Source: an uncultured Puniceicoccaceae bacterium (GTDB lineage: Bacteria; Verrucomicrobiota; Verrucomicrobiia; Opitutales; Oceanipulchritudinaceae). From it: DNA of 32,000 nt. Location of the stretch: positions 1 to 32,000 of the forward strand of contig CAYOIB010000005.1 of the NCBI GenBank assembly GCA_964403935.1, given 5' to 3'. Below are positions 18,737-26,224 of this stretch, piece by piece. The notes under the pieces were generated by a model. The model saw only the letters and a list, made by a program, of their open reading frames with translations. It was not told the DNA's origin and ran no database searches. Each line of letters starts with the position of its first letter. Position 1 is the stretch's first letter. The translations under genes were made by a program, and so were the position numbers.

Positions 18737-20980
18737 ATGAAGAGCAATCTCTCCGGCGTGCTCCGGCGCACCCTCCTCCTCAAGGTCATCTCGAAACCTC
18801 AGCCCACGCGCGAGGATGTCGAGTCCATCATCGAACTCACGGCAAACAAGGTGGTGGAGGCCATCGAAGCGCAGTCCATGACCCTCTACCTCGTGGAAGA
18901 CGGGAAGATTGGTTTCAAATACGTTTATTTCTCTCCCACCCTCTGGGAAGATTTCCCGGAGCGGGAGGCGGAGTTTGCCGGCAAACGTGATACTTTGCTA
19001 ACGATGAAAATACCCGAGGGAACGGGTGTTGTAGGCAAGGTGATCGCATCGGGGCAGCCCGCCTTCTACTCCTTCGAACAGGATGTCGACCGCATCCACT
19101 CCCTCTCCAAGCAGACCGGCTTCGAGATCACTTCGATGCTCACTGTTCCTCTCCGCGGGTCCAACCGGATCATCGGCGCAATCCAGCTACTGAACAAGGA
19201 GCCCTTTGCCGACGACGATGTCTTCACCGATAACGATTTGGCCTTCCTCGAAGAAGTGGCGGAATATTCCGCACCCCTTCTTCAGCGCATGCTCGATCCC
19301 GGGTTTCGACCCGACGATCGCGAAACGGCCAAGTTCATCGCCCGGTTCACCGACAACCGGCTCGTTCTCGATGAGAGCGAGGTGGAAGTCGACGAAGAGC
19401 TGATTGGTGTCGCGGGTGACGGCATTATCCGCCGAACCCATATTCTGCCTTACAAACGTATTGGGGGTCAGGCCGTCGCCGCTCTGATGACCAATCCGCT
19501 GGATTATCCAAACCGCGAAAGCTTTCAGAACGCAACCGACCTGCACATCGAAGAAGTTGTTGTCGCTCCAACCTCTCTGATCGACGCGCTCCTGAAAAGA
19601 CATTCCAGCAGCTCAAGTGAAGTTGCCGATGCCCCTCACATCGACAGTGGAGAGATGGCGGAAATCGCCGATGTAATCGGGGTTGAATACGCCGAAGGTG
19701 GCGAAGGCGCGAGCGAGGATGACCTGACAGATGAAGAATCCGCGCCCATCATTCAACTCGCGAACCGCATTGTCGAAGACGCTTACATTACCGGCGCCTC
19801 CGATATCCATATCGAGCCACAGGAAAAGGATTTGATCGTTCGTTATCGGATTGACGGTATCTGTTCGGAAAAGCTCCACCTCCCGGCAAAAGTAGCCGGT
19901 GCTCTCGTGGCCCGGCTGAAGGTGATGGCAGACCTCGACATCGCGGAAAAACGTCTGCCGCAAGACGGACGTATCATTTTCAAGCGCTATACGAAGAAGA
20001 ATATCGACATCGACTTGCGCGTTGCCACAGGCCCGATGAACCACGGCGAAAAAGTGGTCATGCGTATTCTTGATAAAACCAAGTCCGCCCTCCCGATCAC
20101 CGCTCTCGGCTTCTCTCAGGAGAATCTGGATAAATACCGCGAGTGCATTGTCCAGCCCTACGGAATGATCTTGCACTGCGGGCCAACGGGTTCGGGCAAA
20201 TCGATGACCTTGTTCTCGGCCCTTCGCGAAGTGGCGTCACCCGAGGTCAATATTCAGACGGCGGAAGACCCAATCGAATACACCGTCCCCGGCATCAACC
20301 AGATGCAAATGCACCGGCAGATCGGGCTGACTTTTGCGAAGGCCCTGCGCGCCTACCTCCGAATGGATCCGGATATTATCCTCGTCGGGGAAATCCGCGA
20401 CCAGGAAACCGCTGAAATCGCCGTTGAGGCGGCTCTCACCGGTCACCTGCTCTTGTCTACCCTCCACACCAATGACGCTTCATCCACCATCGCGCGCTTT
20501 ACCGACATGGGGATCGAACCTTTCATGATTTCAGCGTCGATGCTCGTCGTTTGCGCACAGCGTTTGATGCGGCGTGTCTGCAAATCCTGCGGCGTCCGCT
20601 ACATTCCGACCGGGAATGAAGCCGAGATCATCGAGCGCGCCCTCGATGGCTGGAATGGGGAAATTTACCGTGCGAGCGAACACGGCTGCGCCCAGTGTGG
20701 AGGCAACGGTATGAAAGGCCGAATTGGTATCCACGAACTCATGCGCAACAACGATGAGATCACAAAGGCGATCAATGCCCGCGCTGAGACCGCCGAAATC
20801 AAACGCATCGCGATGGCTTCGGGAATGAGGACTCTGCATCAAGACAGCATGCTCAAGGTGAAGGAGAACACGTCCACGGTCATCGAAGCGCTCGGAACGG
20901 TTCCTACGGATCTCTACATCGACAAGAAATACGAGGCGGCCATGAACCAGGCAACGGCTGATATGGCACCAACAATCTGA
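18737..20980 (+). CDS. GspE/PilB-family type II/IV secretion ATPase with an N-terminal GAF domain
   Basis: 747 aa. It has a GAF-like N-terminus (..MTLYLVEDGKIGFKYVYF...GVVGKVIASGQP...MLTVPLRGSNRIIGAIQLLNK) and a T2SSE_N-like segment. The ATPase motifs are Walker A GPTGSGKS, Walker B ILVGEIRD and LTGHLLLSTLHTND. A CxxC...CxxC zinc motif is present (CKSCG...CAQCGG). Confidence 0.9.
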   Translation: MKSNLSGVLRRTLLLKVISKPQPTREDVESIIELTANKVVEAIEAQSMTLYLVEDGKIGFKYVYFSPTLWEDFPEREAEFAGKRDTLLTMKIPEGTGVVGKVIASGQPAFYSFEQDVDRIHSLSKQTGFEITSMLTVPLRGSNRIIGAIQLLNKEPFADDDVFTDNDLAFLEEVAEYSAPLLQRMLDPGFRPDDRETAKFIARFTDNRLVLDESEVEVDEELIGVAGDGIIRRTHILPYKRIGGQAVAALMTNPLDYPNRESFQNATDLHIEEVVVAPTSLIDALLKRHSSSSSEVADAPHIDSGEMAEIADVIGVEYAEGGEGASEDDLTDEESAPIIQLANRIVEDAYITGASDIHIEPQEKDLIVRYRIDGICSEKLHLPAKVAGALVARLKVMADLDIAEKRLPQDGRIIFKRYTKKNIDIDLRVATGPMNHGEKVVMRILDKTKSALPITALGFSQENLDKYRECIVQPYGMILHCGPTGSGKSMTLFSALREVASPEVNIQTAEDPIEYTVPGINQMQMHRQIGLTFAKALRAYLRMDPDIILVGEIRDQETAEIAVEAALTGHLLLSTLHTNDASSTIARFTDMGIEPFMISASMLVVCAQRLMRRVCKSCGVRYIPTGNEAEIIERALDGWNGEIYRASEHGCAQCGGNGMKGRIGIHELMRNNDEITKAINARAETAEIKRIAMASGMRTLHQDSMLKVKENTSTVIEALGTVPTDLYIDKKYEAAMNQATADMAPTI

Positions 20981-20989
20981 GGATGCTGC

Positions 20990-22009
20990 TCAGCCCCCGC
21001 TGAAATAGGCGCGCTGTCTGTCCGAAAGAGAAAGCCCCACCCGCTCCATCACTTTCATCATGTCTTCCCAGACCTGGCGCTTGCTGCGGACGGTGCCCGT
21101 GCGAAGGAGGTAACTCGGATGAAAGGTGGGCATGAGCGGGATGCCGTTGAAGCTCTGCCATTGCCCGCGCACACTGCTCATCTTTCGTTTGGGATCCGGT
21201 CCGAGTAAGCCATCCACGGCCGATTTCCCCAAGGCGACAATCACTTTCGGTGCCACAATCTCCACTTGAGCGCGCAGGTAAGGCAGGCAATAGGCCATCT
21301 CCTCTGCGGTGGGTGGGCGGTTCCCCACCGAGGTCGGCATTTCAGGGCGCCAATTCATTATGTTCGAAATATAGACGTCGTCTCGCGAGATACCCATCGC
21401 CCCAATAATCCTGGTAAGCAACTGCCCTGCTGGACCGACAAATGGAACGCCCGCCACTTCCTCGTCCGCCCCCGGTGCCTCACCACAGAAGAAGATTTCG
21501 GCAGCCGTCGGACCCACGCCAAAGACCACCCGCTTTCCGGGCTTCACCCGCTCATTGCATACCGGACATTCCAGGACGCGCTGACGCAGCCAGGTCAGCC
21601 GGGTTTCCTTATCGCCCTCCGGAAGCTTGAACTCCGGTGCGGCCGGCAGGGGCTTGGGCTGAAGCGCGAAGACTTCCGCTGCAGCCGGCTGACGGTCCCG
21701 GCGGGGAAGACCACTGCCCAACGGTAGCTCCATTTCGCCGGCTTCCTCCGGCTCATGCTTGCTGGAAAGGGTGTCGCCCACCGATCGCACCGGGGCTTTT
21801 CGCGGGGTATCGGCGCGGGCCGCTTCGACAGGAGCCCTGCTGGCAGGCGATGTCGTTGCCCGAATGGCGGCCTCCAGTTCTTCCAACGTTCCATCCTGCA
21901 AAAACAGATGCGTCGTTCCCTCGTCGCGCATCCGCTTTAGCGTAGCCACCACTGCTTCCAGTTCCTCGCGCATGGAATGAAGGATGCCACCGGGTCTCCG
22001 CCCGTCCAA
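20990..22009 (-). CDS. Family-4 uracil-DNA glycosylase with a ~130-aa N-terminal extension
   Basis: The C-terminal ~200 aa carry VVFGVGPTAAEIFFCGEAPGADEE..G.PFVGPAGQLL, NI...RP...NR.P and PTFHPSYLLR, which are UDG family 4 motifs. The N-terminal part is A/P/E-rich. An alternative start is ATG 21973. Confidence 0.85.
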   Translation of the reverse strand: MDGRRPGGILHSMREELEAVVATLKRMRDEGTTHLFLQDGTLEELEAAIRATTSPASRAPVEAARADTPRKAPVRSVGDTLSSKHEPEEAGEMELPLGSGLPRRDRQPAAAEVFALQPKPLPAAPEFKLPEGDKETRLTWLRQRVLECPVCNERVKPGKRVVFGVGPTAAEIFFCGEAPGADEEVAGVPFVGPAGQLLTRIIGAMGISRDDVYISNIMNWRPEMPTSVGNRPPTAEEMAYCLPYLRAQVEIVAPKVIVALGKSAVDGLLGPDPKRKMSSVRGQWQSFNGIPLMPTFHPSYLLRTGTVRSKRQVWEDMMKVMERVGLSLSDRQRAYFSGG

Positions 22010-22049
22010 CTAAAACAGGTTCTGAAACCAAGACGTCTAACCACCCTCG

Positions 22050-22973
22050 CTACTTTTGGGGATTCGGTCGGCCCTGTTCTTCCGACGCCTCTTCGCCAGC
22101 TTGGTTGTCCGGCGCATCTGAGCCCGTCGGCTGATCGAAATTCCCTGCCTTGAATACGTCCCAAAGAATCGATTGTTCGATATAACCCCGCTGCGTGGCC
22201 TTTACCGGCACCCGGATAATGAGCTCAACCTCGCCGGCCTTCGGAATCTGAAGGGTGACGCGCGGATCCACCGAAGGCGCATCGAGGCCCTGGTGGTCAC
22301 TGATCCGTCGCATATGCCTCCGGACTTCTTCCAGGTAGGGTCGGCAATGCTTCCGCGCCGCCTCTAAAAGAGCTTTTTGCGCCCCCCGCCAGTCCTCCTC
22401 GCGTTTGAAGGGAACGGTGAAGACGTGGAGCACATAATCATGGGTGTAGCTCTCATTCACGACGGGTTCGGAAACGAAAAGGCTGTTCGGAAGAACAGTC
22501 ACCCGCCCCGTGCGCTGGTGGGTGAGCTTGCCAGGTCCGATTTCCATGATCGTCGTTGCAAACAAGTTCTGATCGATGACGTCCCCGCGGAAGTCTTTGA
22601 CCTGAATGCGGTCGCCGATCTTGAAGGAGCGCGCTCCCGTTTTCAGGATACTACCCGTAACGCAGAGGATGAGCTCTTTTGTTGCCACGACCAAAGCCAC
22701 CGCGATCGCGACAACCGAAAGGGCCAGGGTGCGGAGCTCCGCCCCCCAAATAAAGACCAGCCCCAGGACCAAAAACAGAACAATCCCGTTGCGGGTCTGG
22801 ACCAGCCATTTTCGGCGCATTTCCGGTGAGGCGATACTCCGTCGGATCACGCGCGATGTCACCGCCCGCAGCAGACTCATCACCATAACGAGAATAGCGG
22901 TGCTGATAAGCAGGCTCAGGAGCGATTCCCGAACAGCAATGTCCCCAAGCCCAAAACCGAGTGTATCATTCAT
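22050..22973 (-). CDS. MscS-family small-conductance mechanosensitive channel
   Basis: 307 aa. It has three N-terminal TM helices, then FKIGDRIQVKDFRGDVIDQNLFATTIMEIG, the MscS beta-domain signature. Confidence 0.85.
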   Translation of the reverse strand: MNDTLGFGLGDIAVRESLLSLLISTAILVMVMSLLRAVTSRVIRRSIASPEMRRKWLVQTRNGIVLFLVLGLVFIWGAELRTLALSVVAIAVALVVATKELILCVTGSILKTGARSFKIGDRIQVKDFRGDVIDQNLFATTIMEIGPGKLTHQRTGRVTVLPNSLFVSEPVVNESYTHDYVLHVFTVPFKREEDWRGAQKALLEAARKHCRPYLEEVRRHMRRISDHQGLDAPSVDPRVTLQIPKAGEVELIIRVPVKATQRGYIEQSILWDVFKAGNFDQPTGSDAPDNQAGEEASEEQGRPNPQK

Positions 22974-23010
22974 GAGACAACCCCAAAATACTGAATATTT
23001 CTCATTCCTA

Positions 23011-23898
23011 TTATCCCTGACGGAGGAACGCTGCCACCATTGGATTCAAGGTTTCTCCTTCATCCTCGAGAACAAAATGCCCGGCATCGGCAAAGACGTA
23101 GGATTCCGCCTGAAGAAACCGCCGCCGCCAACCTTCGAGAAATTCCTCGTTGAAGCACCAGTCGCGGCCACCCCAGGCAATCATGACAGGGTGATCGGCA
23201 AACCGCTCCAGCGAAGCGTCGATTTCATTGAGCATGGCCGCCGAGGGATGATCGGCCTCAAGGGGAATATCACGGACGAAGGCCTCAACCGATCGCCGGC
23301 GCTCGGGCTTCGCGTATGGGAACAGGTACCCTGCGCGGACGCTGGCGGGCAGGCCTTTTTCTGTCGTCATGAAAAGAGCCGCGCGAACAAAGGCATTGAG
23401 TCGCCGAACAAGGAACGAACCAATGACGGGCCAGCGGCAGATCCGGATGCGAAACGGAATCCGGGTGGAATGAAAGGCTGCTGTATTGAGAATCACAATA
23501 CGCTTGATTCGTTCCGGCATTCGAGCAGCCAGTCCCATCCCAATCGCACCGCCCCAATCGTGCACCACCAAACTGAACTCCGTCAGCTTGAGCGATTCCA
23601 CCAAACCCACCACATTCTCAATATGCCCCGCCAGGTCATAGCTGAAGCGATTGGGATCTGGCACCTCGGATAGCCCCATACCCAAATGATCCGGCGCGAT
23701 ACAGCGATGCGTCGTGCGGAGATCGGAAATGAGATTTCGATAGAAAAAGGACCACGTGGGATTCCCATGCAGGAAGAGGATGGCTTCGCCACTTCCCTCG
23801 TCGAGGTAGTGCTGACGCGTCCCGGATTCCGTCATGAACCACTTCGAGGTAAACGGATAAAGGGCCCGGATTGCCGAAGGTAGTTCGGTTGCATTCAT
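23011..23898 (-). CDS. Alpha/beta hydrolase, haloalkane-dehalogenase / OleB-like subfamily
   Basis: I place the start at ATG 23898 (MNATELPS...), forming an ATGA overlap with the KASIII stop. Supporting motifs are LFLHGNPTWSFFYRNLI and VVHDWGGAIGMG (Asp-nucleophile HDWG elbow), with a C-terminal ...DAGHFVLED His. Confidence 0.85.
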   Translation of the reverse strand: MNATELPSAIRALYPFTSKWFMTESGTRQHYLDEGSGEAILFLHGNPTWSFFYRNLISDLRTTHRCIAPDHLGMGLSEVPDPNRFSYDLAGHIENVVGLVESLKLTEFSLVVHDWGGAIGMGLAARMPERIKRIVILNTAAFHSTRIPFRIRICRWPVIGSFLVRRLNAFVRAALFMTTEKGLPASVRAGYLFPYAKPERRRSVEAFVRDIPLEADHPSAAMLNEIDASLERFADHPVMIAWGGRDWCFNEEFLEGWRRRFLQAESYVFADAGHFVLEDEGETLNPMVAAFLRQG

Positions 23899-24947
23899 AT
23901 CGATCCTCTCCTTTTCACACCCAACATAAGGCAACTCAATCCGCTCCCAATTCCCAGGAGCGCCGATTGACTCCCCTTCCCGATCACGCCCTCTTTCATG
24001 GCCTTGGCCAAAGTGAGTGGCAGCGAGACCGAGCCGACATTTCCCAACTCGGGATAAGTCACAAAATCACGCTCGGAGGGGATTTCGAGGGCCTCCAGCA
24101 AACGCCGCTGGTGGGTGCGACCCACCTGGTGCGAGATGACGTGCGCAAAGGAATCCATGCCCCACTCAAGTTCCCGCAAAAAAGCATCCCATGTGCCCTT
24201 CGCCAAAGCGATTCCAGCATCGAGCAAGGCCTCCGCATCGGTCGCCATCTGCAGCGCATCACCTCCCGCCGATCCCCCTTCGCACAAGGTGTTCGCCAAA
24301 GAATCCGTCTGCACCATGCCACCCACAAGCTCCAGACAGTCCGCCTCCTCCTGCAGTTCATCCCGGTGACAAAGCACAGCCGCCACCGCCCCCGCCCCGA
24401 TCGTGAGATTGGCAAAAAGAGGTTTAATCGACTGCCGCGTGTGGTTCTCCGCGAGCAACGTGGTGATCGTGTGCTCAAGAAGAGGACGACCGTCTTCCCC
24501 CGACACCAACAACGCCCGCCGGATCTGGCCCGATTCAATCATCGAGGCCGCAAAAGTCATGGCGTTCAGAAACCCAAGACAGGCATTCGATACATCGCAG
24601 ACCTGCGCCTGCCGTGAAAGCCCGAGCAGGCCGTGAACATAGGCTGCCGTCGCCGGCTCCATCCGGTCGCGGCACACCCCGCAATGGACCAAAAGCTCAA
24701 TGTCTCCGGCCTCAAAGCAACTCGCTTCCAACGCTTTCTGCCCCGCCTCGGCCGAGGCTTCCGAAGGCCGGACGGATTGCGGCCAGAAATGGCGCGCCTT
24801 GATTCCGGTCATCAGTTCCAGACGCCCCTCTGGCAGACGAAGCCGCTCATACAGCGGGGCCAGGCGTTCCTCGATTGCCTCCGATGAGAGCCGCTCCGGC
24901 GGAACGACATAGCTCATTGACTCGATACAGGTAGATTGAAATCGCAT
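23895..24947 (-). CDS. FabH-like beta-ketoacyl synthase III family protein (350 aa)
   Basis: I place the start at ATG 24947 (MRFQSTCIES...). An apparent Cys-His-Asn triad is present: VSNACLGFLNA, ISHQVG and ELGNVGSVSLPLTL. Confidence 0.85.
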   Translation of the reverse strand: MRFQSTCIESMSYVVPPERLSSEAIEERLAPLYERLRLPEGRLELMTGIKARHFWPQSVRPSEASAEAGQKALEASCFEAGDIELLVHCGVCRDRMEPATAAYVHGLLGLSRQAQVCDVSNACLGFLNAMTFAASMIESGQIRRALLVSGEDGRPLLEHTITTLLAENHTRQSIKPLFANLTIGAGAVAAVLCHRDELQEEADCLELVGGMVQTDSLANTLCEGGSAGGDALQMATDAEALLDAGIALAKGTWDAFLRELEWGMDSFAHVISHQVGRTHQRRLLEALEIPSERDFVTYPELGNVGSVSLPLTLAKAMKEGVIGKGSQSALLGIGSGLSCLMLGVKRRGSI

Positions 24948-24960
24948 CTCGAACGGTATC

Positions 24961-25758
24961 CTAGGGGCGCGTCGCGAGCTGCACCACCTCGTCGTCAAAA
25001 TAGTTCCAGTCCATTCCGGCATTCACCACAATACCCTGAGCATTGATGCCGCTGCTGCGGGGGCTCAACAAAAACGCTGCTGTGTCGGCCACCTCCCGCG
25101 TGTCCAAAGCCCGCTTGCGCATGGTCAGCTTCTCGGCAAAGAGGTAATTCTCAAGATATCCCGGAATCCCGGCTGAGCTCTTCGTCTTCAGAGGCCCGGC
25201 ATTGATCGTATTAAAACGCACCTCGGTATCCTCGCTGAACGACTTCGCAAGAAAGCGCACACACCCTTCGAGGGCCGCCTTGATCGGCGACATATAACCA
25301 TAGCTCGCTGCCGTCACATACGATGAAATCCCAACCGCCACCACTGAAGCATCCTTTGCCAAGACCGGTTTGAAGGCCTGGCAGATCTCCACCAACGAAA
25401 AAGCTGAAATCTGCGTCGCCTGAAGAAAATCGGCCCGCCGCGTTTCATGGAACGGGCGCATCCCTTCGCTGTAATTTGCAAAAGCGATCGAATGAACCAG
25501 CCCATCCACTGTCCCGAATCGGGCTCTGGCCGCCTCGGCCGCAGCGGTGATCTGATCCAAATCCTCCACATCACAGCAAAACGAGGGCCGTTCCCCAAGA
25601 AGCTTGCCGAGCTGCGCCTGGCGTTCCGCTGTGCGCACACCATAAAGCACCTGAGCACCCTCAGCCTCCAGAGCCTGACCAATCGCCCAGGCAACGCTCC
25701 GCCTATTGCTCAGGCCGAAGACCACGACCCGTTTCCCTTTCATCTTCAAAAAACTCAT
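24961..25758 (-). CDS. FabI-like enoyl-ACP reductase (SDR family)
   Basis: I place the start at ATG 25758 (MSFLKMKGKRVVVFG...; ATG 25743 is also possible). Supporting motifs are VHSIAFA and Y-x6-K (SYGYMSPIKAALE), then NTINAGPLKT..S, which follows the FabI pattern. Confidence 0.85.
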   Translation of the reverse strand: MSFLKMKGKRVVVFGLSNRRSVAWAIGQALEAEGAQVLYGVRTAERQAQLGKLLGERPSFCCDVEDLDQITAAAEAARARFGTVDGLVHSIAFANYSEGMRPFHETRRADFLQATQISAFSLVEICQAFKPVLAKDASVVAVGISSYVTAASYGYMSPIKAALEGCVRFLAKSFSEDTEVRFNTINAGPLKTKSSAGIPGYLENYLFAEKLTMRKRALDTREVADTAAFLLSPRSSGINAQGIVVNAGMDWNYFDDEVVQLATRP

Positions 25759-26224
25759 CAAATCCCCTTCTGACCGCACATCTGTCCGTGCCGCACGAAA
25801 CCTCTGAGAAAGGCCCGAAGCCAAGGTGAAGTCCACTCAAAAGCCGAAAGGTTCAGGTGTTGTTTGCACCAAATCAAGGCGCTCTGGTTGGAGCGCATTC
25901 GGCCCCGGCAACCCATTCAGCAAAGCTTTTCGACCATGAGTCTCCGAAACCCTCAGAAGTTCCAGCTAACCGACCCGCACCCGGATACAATTCACCACGC
26001 CCTGTGTAGCAAATTGGCGAGTCTCACCACCGGCTGATTATGCGAGAGCAAACAGCTCTTCGTCTCCAAAGACCAAACCCCGTTGCCCTTCTCACCGGCG
26101 GGATTTGTTCATCGCGATTTTCCTTCACTTGCCCAAACTCGAATCTTACGCTTCAAGAAGTCATCGGCTTATCAATAAGATTATGATCGGCTGATATCTG
26201 CTTCCTTCACCTGCTCGACGCCTC

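Noticed and set aside
22606-24617. Plus-strand ORFs 22606-23673 (355 aa) and 23871-24617 (248 aa)
   Set aside because: They are antisense to MscS, the alpha/beta hydrolase and KASIII, all of which have clear family motifs. Their R/S/P-rich composition marks them as shadow ORFs.
25936-26040. 34-codon ATG ORF (MSLRNPQKFQLTDPHPDTIHHALCSKLASLTTG) in the divergent spacer
   Set aside because: It is too short, with no recognisable family or RBS. It is noted only as a possible leader peptide, and that is unsupported.
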